Source: Callorhinchus milii
Lineage: Eukaryota
DNA length: 64,000 nucleotides
Reading direction: 5' to 3'
Assembly: GCF_018977255.1 (NCBI RefSeq)
Contig: NW_024704742.1
Coordinates: 96,102,001-96,166,000, forward strand
Shown here: in pieces, positions 25,438 through 38,110 of the stretch
Position numbering within the stretch: the first letter of the stretch is position 1
How the letters are laid out: each line of letters opens with the position of its first letter
Position numbers and translations under genes: made by a program
Notes under the pieces: model-generated
Told to the model about the DNA's origin: nothing
Database searches by the model: none
Seen by the model: only the letters and a program-made list of their open reading frames with translations

Positions 25438-27597
25438 CAACAACAACAACAACAAAATTACATCACATAGCCCTTTCACTTCGGGAGGACGTCCCAAGGC
25501 GTTGGACAGACAGAGTTTCGGACCAGAGCTGTGGGTCGGGGTCGGGGAGGGTGGAGGGCAGGGGGTAAGCAGGGAGATCAAAAGCACAGTCGATGAGGAG
25601 GGGCTTGAAAGAAGCAAGGGAGAGGGCAAGGCAGAGGGACTGTGGGATGGAATTTCAGAGGATGGGGGCAGAGTGACAGAAGGCCTGCCCACCAATAGTG
25701 GGGTGAGCGAGGTGGGGGACGTGAAGCAGGTTGGAGCCCGCTGAGCAGAGGGAGCGAGCAGGATGGTAGAGGGTTAGGAGGTCGCAGAGGTAGGGGGGAA
25801 CAAGACCATGGAGGGCTTTGAAGGTGAGAACCAGGATCTTGAACTGCATCCTCTGTGCAATGGGAAGCCAGTGGAGTCAGGCGAGGATGGGGTGATGGGG
25901 TCACAGGCTGCAGAGAGAACACGGGCTGCAGAGTTCTGGATGATCTGCAGCCTGTGGAGGGAGAAGTTGGGGAGGCCGACAAACAATGAGTTTACATAGT
26001 CAAGCCTTGATGTAATGATGAAACATGTATGAAGATTTCGGCGGCCTGCGGTGTGAGACAGTGGCGGAGCCAGGCGATTTTGCGGAGGTGGGGGAAGGCA
26101 GAGTGGGTCATGGCACAGATGTGGGGTAGAAAGGATAGTTGAGGGTCAAACAAGACACCAAGGTTCCAGACTGGCTTAGCAAGGTGGAGTGTGCAACCGT
26201 GGATGGTGATGTTGTCAGTGCCTGAGGTGTGGAGGCGCTGACGGGAGCCAATCAGGAGAGCCTCGGTCTTGTTGACGTTCAACTGAAGAAAATTACCTCT
26301 CATCTAGGACTTGATGCTTGACAGACATTCTGTCAGCGCAGCAGTCATCCTGGAGTCAAGGGGGGAGGCAGAGAGCTAGAGTTGGGTGGCATCCGCATAC
26401 ATGTGGAAGTTGACCCCATGTCTATGGATGATATCAGCAGGAAGGAGCATATAGATGTTGAAGGGGAGGGGATCAAGGACAGAGCCCTGAGGAATGCTGC
26501 ACGAGATGGTGAAGCCGCTTGAGAAGATGAAATGCAGGCGGTGTGAGAGGTACGATCTGAACCAATCAAGGACAGCGCGTGGAGGTTGAGGTGCAAGGTG
26601 AAGTATTGGATAAGGATAGAATGGTCAACGGTGTTGAAAGCAGCAGAGAGGTCAAGGAGGACGAGGAGGCAGGGGGAGCCCTATTCGCAGATGGACAGAA
26701 TGTCATTTGTCACTTTGATCAGGGCTGTTTCTGTGCCGTGGGTGGCACTGAAGCCCAATTGGAGGGGTTCAAGAAGGGAGTGGGGGGAGAGAAAGGAGTG
26801 AATCTGAGAAGCAACAACTCATTCCAGGACCTTGGAGAGGAAGGGGGGCTGTAAATGGGGCGGTAGTTAGAGAGTAGAGAAGGATCCAGGGAGGGTTTTT
26901 TAAGGGTAGGAATGATGACAGCGATTTTTAAAGGGGTGGGAACAGTACCAGAGATCAGGGAGAGGTTAACGATGTCAGTGATTAGAAGGGCAAAGAGGTG
27001 GAACTCAGAAGTAAGGAAGGGGGGTAGGGGTAGGTTTCATATGGCTTATGGTGGTGATGAGAGAGGAGGGGGAGAACAGGTTCAAAGGTTGGAGGGAAGG
27101 ATGGGTAGGAAGAGGAGATGGGAGGGGGTAGCAGTTGCAGTGGCAGAGGCAGCTGAGCGGATTCCCTTGACTTTGGATTTAAGGAAGTCCAGCATCGCCT
27201 CGCAGTTGGCATTTGAGGTGAGGATGGGTGAAGCGTGAGAGGATGGGCGGAGGAGTCGTTTGTGATGGAGAAAAGGAGCCTGGGGTTGTTCTTAGCCTCC
27301 AAGATTGTCTTGGAGTAGAACAATGATTTAGAGGAGGCGAGGGCAGAATGGTAGGATTTGACATGGTCCTTCCAAATCTGCCGGTGGACAGTTAGGTTTG
27401 ATTTAAGCCAGGTGCGCTCAGTGGAACACGCCTGGGCTTTAAGGAAGCGGAGGTGGCTGGTGTACCAAGGTGATTTGCATGAGTAGGAGACGGTTCGAGA
27501 AGAGAGGGGTAGGGATGTGGATCGGGGAGAAGCAGTTTGTGAAGATGAAGTGGAGGGGATGAGAGAGGTACAATCTGAACCAGTCAAGAACAGAGCC
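25438..27597 (-). mobile_element. 5'-truncated, frameshifted L2 LINE (~2.1 kb)
   Basis: (CAA)n tail at 25438. The reverse strand gives SPWYT..LR.LK, NYRPI, HSTETALIKVTNDIL, LLDLSAAFNTVDH, YADA and NLGVLFD. Same family as 4232-5369. Confidence 0.93.
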
Positions 27598-27634
27598 TTG
27601 TCACATCATGATCACCCCCATTCTGACAACATTC

Positions 27635-29380
27635 TATTTATTTTGGTCAGCCGGGTGTCGGACACATGCAGAAACCCATCACCATATTTAAAATTATCCA
27701 AGCCAAACTGAGAGTTCCATGCATCCCATCTACATATGAAAATTTAAGAGAATTTTTTTAATGGATTGTGCACTCTTTCCCTGGAGGGACACATCCTGCC
27801 TACCTAATTCTGGAAAGTAGGTGCAGGTTGGCAAGAGCCAAAGCTTGGGGACCCCAGAGTGTGCCTGGCAAGCTTACCTGCTGGTTTCCAGCTAGGACCA
27901 CCTTATTCTTTAAAGCTTTGGCTTGCAGAGTTAACAAGAGATGAATGGGAAGAATCCCTAACCCAGTGACTGGTCTGCATTTCCAGGTACAACCGATGAG
28001 GCATCAACAGTGCCCTGGAGTACTGCGGACTCGCCTAGCTCAGGAACTGGGAACTGGGTTACCGAGACAGCCACAAAGGGTGGGCTTGATTTTGACATTC
28101 CATTGCCAAACATATCACTTTTAGGCAGCAGCTGCTTGCCTCACTGCAGTCAGTCAAGGTGGATTCCAGGAACTGGATGTATGAACATGGACTCCAGGTT
28201 AGGCTTTCCAGCAGATATCGCCCCAAGCCTCAGAGTTTCCTCATCAGCTATCTGGTTGACATTTGCCTTCAGCATGATGGGAGGACCTTTTCAGTACAGC
28301 TTGTGACTTGCTAGCCACTTTGATGTTCTCCAGGACCAAGTCCAATGCTTTATACTAGGCTTATTCAGCACAAGTTGCTTAATCCAAGTCTTCATTTGAG
28401 GATTGGGAAATAGACGTACCAGCTGTGAAGCTGAATCCACCTCCAGGGTACTTGGCGACAGGTGAGTGTAGGCTGGAGCCCTCCCTCCCTGTAGCTGCTT
28501 CCCATGCTTGCCACAAATCCACCTGACTGCTTAATCCTGTCTTTGCAGATGAGCTATAGAAAACCCCTCCGCTGCATTCCCAGGATCTCAGTTCCATAAA
28601 GGAGGACTGTCTGCACAGAGGTTTTATATTCCACAAGCTTGGTGTGTGTTGGGACCTTGCTGTCCTTGAAGAATCTAAAAAAACTTTAATTAGCACCAAC
28701 CCCCAAAAATGTTTCAGAACTTTATGCTGCAGTGGGTGATGGGGCAAGATTTTATTAACAGTGTTAAACTGTTAATATAGTTGCAGCCACACACTGCGCT
28801 GGACTAACTCGATTTAGAAGCACATGAAAAAAGCACTAGACTTTAATCCTTCCCATTACCGATGGTGCAGCATGACTGTAACAGGGAAATCCCCATTAAT
28901 GACCAGAGTGCCCTTTGCACCTTGTTTGCAGAGTCCTTCAGGACCTTCTCCAGACACAAGTTGGTGTCCACCACGACCCAGAGGTACTGATAAGAATCAA
29001 TAATTGGGACTGATATTCCTTGTATCTTCCAATCAATACCCTTGATGTTTTCTCTTGACCCATGCAGAGCCATGATTCTGCACATGAGGCACCCACCACC
29101 ATGTCCTACTAGTTGGCGCAGTGTTCAAATGTTCAGTGTTCAAAAAATCCCCAGCCACACAATATCATCTGCAAACGAAAGTGCCGCATTTCTGTCAGAA
29201 AGGCCTGGAACAGATTCACCAAATCAATCCCCCTCGATGCCATTGATGAACACATTGAACAGGGTGAATGACAAAGGTCAGCCTGGCCTTATCCCCCTTT
29301 CCAGATGGATGGGATCAGTGTTGATCCTTACTGGGATCTTGGAGCTGGAAGACACATTCTGGATAAAATCCAAGAATGAC
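27635..29380 (-). mobile_element. 5'-truncated non-LTR retrotransposon, RTE/RTEX-like RT, interrupted at 28677-28893
   Basis: The reverse strand reads FLDFIQNV..KIPVRINTDPIHLERGIRPG*PLSFTLFNVFINGI..SVPGLSDRNAALSFADDIVWL..WKIQGISVPIIDSYQYL.VVVD..KVQRALWSLM / RFFKDSKVPTHTKLVEYKTSVQTVLLYGTEILG..KTWIKQL. It ends ..CTGACCAAAATAAATAG. Confidence 0.85.
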
Positions 29381-29388
29381 AACATCCT

Positions 29389-29612
29389 AAAAACCTTTAA
29401 TTAAAAACGACCCTCAAAAATGTTTCAGAACTCTACGCTGCAGTGGATAATGGGGCAAGATTTTATTAACGGCGCTAAGCTGTTAATATAGTTGCAGCCA
29501 CACAGTGTGGCGGACTAACTCGATTTCAAAGCACATGAAAAAAGCACTAGACTTTAATCCTTCCCATTACCAGTGGTGCAGCATGTCTGTGACAGGTAAA
29601 TCCCCATTAATG
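29389..29612. repeat. donor of the ~220-bp segment duplicated at 28677-28901 (foldback remnant)
   Basis: 28701-28901 versus 29412-29612: 20 mismatches in 201 bp, no indels. The segment contains internal inverted repeats. Confidence 0.9.
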
Positions 29613-29814
29613 TAGTGTGCTAAATCTATTACTTGAATACTTCAACATTGTTTGGCTGGTATATGAGCTTCAGAGCCCAGTGATTCTGCCATCACAACCT
29701 GGCGGGAGCGGGCATAATGACAGTCACACATTGATGTAAATTGTATATAAAGGAAGCAGAAATCTAACAGAAACCTCTTTACTTCATTCCCTGTATGATG
29801 TGACTGGGGGGAAT

Positions 29815-30150
29815 ACAATAATAATCCTTGCATTTGATATGGAGTCTATTACACTGAAATGTCACAAAACGCTTCACAGAGTTTCTGTAAAGTGTAGTTA
29901 CTGTGCATTTGTAGGTGAATATGACCTCCCAACGTGAAAGGCGCTACACAAATGTAATTTTGTATTTTGTAATTATGTATGACAGCCAATTTGTATACAA
30001 CAATGTCCCACAACCAGCCATCAAGTGACTAACTCATTTTGTTTGGGCGGGTCGTTGCCAAGACACTGGGAGAAGTGCCCTTCACTTTTTGAATAGTGTC
30101 ATGGAATCTTTAACATCCACCTGGATAGGCAGACAGAGCTTCACTTTAAT
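29815..30150 (-). mobile_element. Deu-domain SINE with nested antisense L2 tail (29926-29977)
   Basis: ATAATCCTTGCATTTGATAT..CAGCCAATTTG..GAATCTTTAACATCCACCTG. Confidence 0.8.
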
Positions 30151-30399
30151 GTATGCTTCCAGTTGTCACTTAGTTGAGTGTGAGTATCTATATTGTAATG
30201 AGCCATCATGTCTTTATATGGCCATGATGGAAAAATACCCAAACAACGTGATGTTCACTTTGAGATGTTACATCAAATAGATTATTAACATGTGTTACTT
30301 CTTCTTCCCAATTCTCTTGCCTTTTCTACCTTCCTGATCATTCTGATTGATGCTAGGCAACAATTCCACGGGTGCTGGTCCTCCATTATCTTGCCATTA

Positions 30400-30660
30400 C
30401 CATTACCGCAAGTGGATCCAGGCTTGGAATGGCGGCAGACTATTCCTCAGCACATTTGTTCTTATGCACACCCATTCTCCAGTAGGAATCACTGAAGAGC
30501 GATCAGCAGTGGAATCACTGGCTGATATTTTGTTTTCCCTTTGCTCAGGACTCTGAGGTCAAATTGTACAACCCTTACTGCCACCCTGGTTGATATCAAT
30601 TAACTCAACACAGACTAGGAATTGAACCTGTAAAATTCTGAATTGTATGGCTTTCATGAA
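30400..30660 (-). mobile_element. LF-SINE/UCON3-like old SINE
   Basis: AGCGATCAG..CTGGCTGAT..AATTGTA..TAACTCAACACAGACTAGGAATTGAACCTG. Confidence 0.55.
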
Positions 30661-30744
30661 ATGTCAGACACCTAAGATATGAAGATATGCAATACAATAC
30701 AAACTGGTAACTTGTTATGGTGCATTTAGTTCTAAGCTGTTTTA

Positions 30745-30890
30745 CACTGCTGTGTGCAATTGGCTGCAGTGTTTCGCCCATAAAATATACAGTCAATTCA
30801 CTTTACAGTATATTCTGTGAAGCGCTTTGAGACATCTTGAAGATGTAATAAGGCGCTATATCAAATGCAAGGATTATTATTTATTATTAA
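30745..30890 (+). mobile_element. SINE family A, 3' half
   Basis: CTGCTGTGTGCAATTGGCTGC..CAGTCAATTCACTTTACAGTATATTCTGTGAAGCGCTTT..GGATTATTAT. Confidence 0.88.
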
Positions 30891-30894
30891 TATA

Positions 30895-31110
30895 AATTTA
30901 TATTTATGTTGTGCCTTTCATGTCAGGAGGACATCCCAAGATGCCTAACAGTCCTGGTTTTAGACCCGAGCTGTGGGTGGGAGCCGAAAGGGATTGGACA
31001 GGGAAAGACGACCACAATAATGGTCAAAATGGGATGTCATAAGATAGGCCTTGAAAGAGCTGAGGGAGAGAGCGAGTCCGAGGCACTCCACGATGGAGAT
31101 GGAATAGGAG
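30895..31110 (-). mobile_element. L2 3' UTR fragment
   Basis: GCCTTTCATGTCAGGAGGACATCCCAAG..GACCCGAGC..GGCCTTGAA, matching 25470-25650. Confidence 0.75.
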
Positions 31111-34100
31111 GGGTAAGCTCAATAAATTACCCTGAACACTAGGGACTAACATACTTTGATTGTTAAAAATAATGATCATTAACATGTTTATGATGAGATT
31201 TCCCTCTAGGATGATGTGAAAAAGTTTGCAATATTGCAAGCTGTTCATACTGTATCGGAAACACAGCCTGAAAACTTTCCAATATGGTACTGGTGGCAGT
31301 AGTGTCTCATCACCTCATATCAGCATCTTAAACGACAGTATGGGAAACTTATCGCTAAACAAATTGTGATACATTTACAAGTTGCAAATAGCATGTTATC
31401 TTTAAACTGTTAAAAAAAAAGTCTTTACATTTCAAATCACATTTGGTGTTGAATAGCATTAAGTCAACCATAATTAATATTTGAATTGTAATTTCCGTAC
31501 AGGAGTTTCCTATTAATTTAATGACTATTACATTATTACATGAATCAAAGGAAGATCATATTTATATAACTCATTATCCAGAGGTTTTTTTGCCCAATCC
31601 AAATGTCATGTTAGGTCTTCTTGGAGGCTGCATAGCTGGTAACTTGTTTTGGTGCATTTAGTTCTAAGCCATTATGCCTGCTGTTGCCCAAAGTAATTAT
31701 CTATCTGAGCGTATTTGCTATTGGAAAAGAACAGCTTTTGTGCAAAGTATGGCAGTGTGAGTTTGGTCCGCAATCAGGCTGTGATGCACACTTCTGTTTT
31801 ACACAAGAAGTTTCAGAAACAGCATGGACTATTTTAACCTGCTGCGTTCCTTAATCACAGCTCCAAGGGCCATTAAAAATAAATGGTCTGCAATATATTC
31901 CCTAGCTCATGGAGAGGGAACGCTCATGCTAATGAGAAGATGAACCTTTCTTGCCTTTAGTTCACCAACCATGCTGGCTCTATTGTGGACCTCCCAGGGG
32001 TCTTGCTAAAGGCCCCAGAGATGAAAATCTAATAAATGAACAGGTCTAACATGATCTCAGCACCCGGGCCCATTTACAAGGCCAGGCGGGCTGACTTCAT
32101 TACAACCTGCCCCAGGTTATCAGGGCAGACAATGACTGATCATTCTGAGGAGCTGAAGGAACCAAAGCTGTCTGCCTGAGACAACAAATAAAGCCAAGCC
32201 TGAGAACTGAGGTTAAAAAGTGATTTACAAGGCTTGTCGATGCATTTGTCCCAGTGAGTCGCATTTGGCTGCCAGCCATGGCGTGTTACCCAAACTGCTC
32301 ACATCCTGCAATCTTTAGCAAAATAAATTCATCCTGATTGCAGGAAGTTTTCCTTTCAGTGCTGTCTGGCCAGGAAACTGACAGAACATCACAAAATAGG
32401 AAGAGCCAGTTGCGGTTGTTAATAACTAATAATAAAGGCATAAATCATCAGATCTTTGACCCGTTAACCTTTACGGCTATAATAGATTGGGTTGCATAAA
32501 TTAACCATATCAGATCATAGAGCGGGGCATTGTGTTTCCCAGACACTATTCCCTGCTTAGGAAACATAAGACTGAAAATGAAATCTTCACATGGGAACTT
32601 GACACTAATGACACAGAGTTCCCTTTGATGGGCTGCACAAGCCTCCTTTCAGTGATCGAATCTGGACCTAAGCTGATCCAAAAGGTCTGGCCTTCATTTT
32701 ATTTATATGCGTTTGACACCAGTCCCAGTCTGGAAAGATTACAATTAGTCCATGAATGGCATCACTTCCCCTCGGGCAGTGGGGTGGGGGTGGGGGGAGA
32801 ACATGAAGTGAAATAAGTGGTAGAAATGTAATATAAGCCACGAACAGTGAAGAACTGAAATACGACCAGGAAATGTTGGAAATGCAGAACATTTCTTGCC
32901 AATTGAAGGTGCTGCTTTGCATTCGAGTGTTGATTTGTGGAATATCTGCTGAACTCAAACTTGAGTTAATGTCATTCCTATTTGACTTCCCCCTCAAATT
33001 TTTTCCTAGCCCGAGTGCCAACACATTGCAAGTCTAATTTACAATATTTTTTATTGCTTTTGACCTGCACCACATCAGAGCGGACGGAAGTCCAGTGGAT
33101 TGGCTTGAAATACTTCTGGTTACCAGGAGTCCCTATTTATGTGACTCAGTTTCCTTATCAATAAATCTTATTTAGAAATACTGCAATTTAGACCCCAATG
33201 TTACATATTAATAAAACAACCTCATCCAGTGTAATTAGGAACCCTTGCTCTTCTTGCATTGTAATTCGCACTCAGGCTCAGCAAATGATTGGCCTGCGAG
33301 AAATTTTATTCTAAATCCAATTAGCCCTGAAACCTTGGCTACCAGCCAATGTTTGAAACAAAATAGCTGCTAATGTTATAAAAGGAGCATCCTCACAGTG
33401 AGAAGAAATGACATTTGGGATTCTATTACTTTCGGCTGTATAAATTGTACCCTGATTAACCCCAAAAAACGTGTGCACAACCTATGTGGGGTGAAGAAAT
33501 GTATCATAAACAGCGGAATATGTTGTTGTGTTGGGAGGAATGGAAAAATTGTAACAGAAGATGTGTTTGTTTTGGATTTCTGTTGTACTAAATATTATAT
33601 TTATAAATAAATATATATTTTCAAAAAAAACTGTTCCCTGATTAACCATTTCAGGTAATAGAATGTAACTGGTAATGTTATTGTATTCTTCTGTAACTCT
33701 ACACAATTGATGATAAAGTTATCAGTAGGAATATAGACAATGTAAGAGACACAGAGGGGTAAGTGTCACCAGCTTGAATAATATCATTTCTAACTTATTT
33801 TTTAACTATAGATTTATTTTTGGACCACCATCTGGCGAAGAAACCTGCAATCCAGGTTCTAAGCAGTCAAGTTTTTCCAATCAGTGATATGAATCTGCAT
33901 GAAAGATGGCCCTGATGGAGAACTTGGAGTCTCTCAGTCAGGAGTCAAACCTCTTGTAGTGACACCACATTTTAGTGCTGGTTACAACTGAAAAATATTC
34001 TGCAACTTTAATAGACAAATTTTTAAAAAATGCAGCATATTTGCTTGTCTGGCTAGGATCACTTTATCCTTTAGTTGAGGGCTAAGGTTGAGCTAAGGTT

Positions 34101-34149
34101 GAGGGCACGACTATACCTCCAAGTCTCATTGATGAGCCAGACGGGTTGG

Positions 34150-34362
34150 TCAGCCATTAACAGTGCCTTAAATTACTGCAGACTTGACTGGTTCAGCCCC
34201 AGGGATCTACTTTCTCTTCCTCGTAAGGAGAATAATTAGTTGAGATGGATACAGCACTCATTTTATCAGCCCTGCAAGGAATGAAGGGCTGAGTTAATCC
34301 ACTGGGACCGGAACCTATAGCCTTTTGCCCCAAAGCTCCAGTGCTAAAGCAACTGAACTACC
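34150..34362 (-). mobile_element. old tRNA-derived SINE of a different family
   Basis: The reverse strand has a GGTAGTTCAGTTG..GGTTCCGGTCCC head followed by ACTCAGCCCTTCATTCCTT..GATAAAATGAGT, a motif I recall from Sauria-type SINE bodies. Confidence 0.5.
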
Positions 34363-34579
34363 TAAGATATCACAAAATATAAAATGGCTCTTTAAAGAGC
34401 AACATAGTTGTGGTCCTCTATGGGGTTCACTCAGTGAAAATCCATACCACGCATTATGTAACATAATGCATTTTTAATTCATAAACCAAGAATGTTTAAA
34501 TAGCAGAAATGCAAATAAACTCATTGTTTAACAAATAATTCTTTAGGGGAAAGTAGTTTCAAACACAGTCCATGTTCCT

Positions 34580-34995
34580 CACTAGCTACACTGTCTCGCT
34601 GTCTCTCAGTGGATTGATTTCAAGCTTCTCACCTTCACCTGCAAATCCTCTCACATCCTAGCACCTGCCTAACTTTCTGATCGCTTCTTAGTCTATTCCT
34701 TTGCTTGACCCTCCGATTGGCTAACCTGGGCTTGCTGCACACACCCTGCTGTCGATGGCTGAGCTTTCTAATTCTACGCTCCTAAACTCTGGAACTCCTT
34801 CCTCAACCCCTCTGTCTCTCCCCCCTCTCTATATGTCTTCAAATCCTGCCTCAAAAACCTACCTCATCGACTATGACCATGAGTACCTTTTTTCCCCATC
34901 CTCCCCCAGCTCGGCATCAGCCCTGCCAATTGTAAGCACTTTGAGATGTTAATCCATGTGAAGGGTGCTTTATAAATATAAGTTGGTAGTGGAGT
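34580..34995 (+). mobile_element. old L2 3' end
   Basis: Decayed LH.L.V..IDFKLLTF..LAP..L..LL, CTCTGGAACTCC and TGTAAGCACTTTGAGAT..GTGAAGGGTGCTTTATAAAT tail. Confidence 0.75.
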
Positions 34996-35049
34996 TGTAC
35001 CCTGTCCTTCATCTGTCACTGGCTGAATAGAGAGAGATGGGAATGAAAG

Positions 35050-35745
35050 ATAATAATCATTCTTGCATTTGATATAGTGCCTTATCACGTCATCGAGACA
35101 TCTCAAAGCGCTTCACAGGATATACTGTGAAGTTGAGTGACTGCATGTATTTTGTGAGTGAATGGTACAGTACTGAGAAGGAGCCATTCTTCTAGCATTC
35201 CTATTTTGCCACTCAAAGAAGATATAATCAGACATGCCCCAAACACCACTGTTGAAATACACATGATTACTGTGCTAGTAGAACAGTTCTGATGCACCCT
35301 AGACCCTGAAGGCAGATTGAGGACCTGCTGAAAAATGTGTGGGACAGGCAGTGCTAGGCTTTGTTACAATGCCAGCCATCATTACAGTCTTCCCAGCCAT
35401 GTGCAACCATTATGGTTCCTGCCTGATTGACTATAATAATCCTTGCATTTGATATAGCACCTTATCATTGCATTGAAACATCTCAAAGTGCTTCACAAGA
35501 TATATTGTAAAGTGGTGTGGACTGTGGAAGGAACAATTAAACTATGAAGCATTAAGTCTATATTGAGTTCCTTCACTCTACCCAAGTGCCTTTCCATGGG
35601 CTGATATCTCTAAATGTTCGTCTACTGAACCTGCTTACTTTATCTGCAAAATACACTTGCTTCACAGTAAAAATCCTGTGATGAGATTTGAGACATTTCA
35701 ATGACACGTAAGATGCTATGTCAAATGCAACGATTAATGTATTAC
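35050..35745. mobile_element. cluster of three SINE tail fragments (35050-35165 -, 35434-35520 -, 35630-35745 +)
   Basis: Each contains the TTGCATTTGA.ATAG..C/TCTCAAA/TCACA tail motif. Confidence 0.75.
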
Positions 35746-37784
35746 TTTCTTACTTTGTGAAAAGTTTCCCGAGAGTGCGGATACCTACATAATTTATATG
35801 AACTTGCTGAACTTTCTATACACTGTAATGATGCCCTGCTGGACTTAAGTTTGAAATGTGAAGACTGCTGCTTCTACATTTTAAAATGCTTCATGTAAGA
35901 GAACCCTAATGTGTGCTTGCAAGTCGTCTTCAGCATCTCAGACAGACCTTTGTTTTCTAATTATGCTGCCAACGCTTGAAAAACCATCATTGGTGCCCAT
36001 ATACTTATTTACTGAAGCGACTATGCTGTGTATTGAGATAGGGATTGTTGATGTTTGGACTTAGAGAAAACCAGCTGATAACTGCAAATGTATATATTCA
36101 ATATATATTCATGCACTGTTTGTAAGGTGGTTGTCATTATTAGTGAGCTTTTCATACCCAAAACACACAATAACAGCTGATGCCATGACTCTATTGATTT
36201 CTAATGCTTGTTGTAATAAAAGATCATTGCGCAGCATCAATGTGTTTCATCTTTCTCATAAGATGGGAGGCAATTAGGTGCTAGCTACCAGCGTGCAGTC
36301 AAGGGAGACTGTTGATAGTTTTGGTTAGCTACATGATGCACTATGTTGTATGGAGGGGGAGGGGGTGCTCAGTCTGAGAGCAAAAGGGGGCCCCTTAACT
36401 GTGCATGTCTATGAAATCATAATACACACATCCCTGGGTCTGCCAATCTCTTCTGGTCACTCCCCTTGTGTAAGCAGAATGGTTAACTGATTTACTGGCT
36501 TGCCTAAGTCTAATGTTTGTGAGTCTCTGGATCCTCATTATGTGATTGGCCAGACATTTGATGAATTTCACGTTCAATAAACTACGTTGGCCACAGAATA
36601 TGGCAATGATGTATTCCAGCATAAAAAAAGTCCTCCAAACAAACAGGCCCTTATTGCTTCCAGTGCTCCGCTGCCAGAATTTCAACCCCAACGGTTCTAA
36701 TTTGTGGTCTTTCCTCTTGAGGAATCTCTATTAGAATTCTCTTCTGACTTTGAGGGAACTCAATCCAGGAAATAGATAGCAATGGAGTAAAGTTACCACG
36801 GGTTGAGATGATACCCATCTAGAAGGATGCTGGAAGGAATCCTCATTTGCATGCTTAAGATTCCTCATTAAGTATTACCATTAAGAAATATTGCAAATTA
36901 GAGTCTAATACTCATTTAAGGCAAATGGCCTTTATATTCAACCCCATTTAAGGTATAACAGAATATATGATTGTGAAATAATAAAATCTTTAATTTCCAG
37001 GTGAGCAAGGCTCAAGCCTCCCAGCCATGCATGTGATAAGATCTTTGGTTTCAATGACACCATTGGTTGTGACTTTTCTATGGAAGAAAAGATTACAGTA
37101 TCTTGAGAGAAGCTGTGAACTTAGACACTGCTGATCATTTGAAGCAATTATTAAGAACATTAATAATGGAATGCAGTATCATTATTCAGTAACATCTGAT
37201 TTCAGTCATAAGGGCTTACAGTAAAGCATTCTAGCTGTGTTTCTGTTTTTGGGGAAAGGTGGGGTAACGTAGCACATTTATATTGTGCAACGCTGCAAGT
37301 AACTACAAAAACGGCACAGACGTAGAAATGTTAAAATATAGCTTTATGAGTTAAGATATGCATTCATTTAACATTCATGAAGAGGCAACCGCATATCATA
37401 TGGTAGTTACAAAGTAACTAATGGTAGGGTTCTGCATTTATTACCCAGAGGGAGATCAGAATAATATTATAGATCTAAACATTAAAAATACATTTCAATG
37501 AATAATACATTGAAGTAACAAACACAGAATTGCTCTTGTATGTCTGATATGCAATAAGAGAAACAGGTATGTTGATCTAGGAGGTCACACAAGATTTGAA
37601 ATAATTAGCATAGATAGAAAATAAGAGAACAGTATGAAGTTAAATTAAAATATTACGCAAGGTATGGAAGATATAAGAAAACCTGGAAAGGATTTAAGTA
37701 AGAATTTAAGAGAGATTTAAAATATCTTATATTAGAAGCTGAAACAATGTGATACAGTTAGCTATAATTATAATAACAACAATA

Positions 37785-38110
37785 TAATAATAATCCTTGT
37801 ATTTGATATAATGTCAATGTATAACTAACCTACAATGTCAAGAACATCACAAAGCACTTCACAAATTTTCTGTATAGTGTAATGATTGTATTTGAAGATG
37901 AATGCAGCAGTGAATTCGCACACAACAATTTTCTACAAACAGCCAGTAGGTAAAGGACCAATTTCATCTGGGAGATCGTTGGTCAAGAGAAACTGCCATC
38001 TCCTTTCAAATAATGACATTGAATCTTTAACATCCACCCAAACAGGCAGATAGATCTCGGGTAAATGTAGTATCTGAAGATCAACACTTCTGACAATGCA
38101 GCAATCCCCC
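37785..38110 (-). mobile_element. Deu-domain SINE
   Basis: ATAATCCTTGTATTTGATAT..AATCTTTAACATCCACCC.AACAGGCAGA..TGACAATGCAGCA. Confidence 0.8.
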
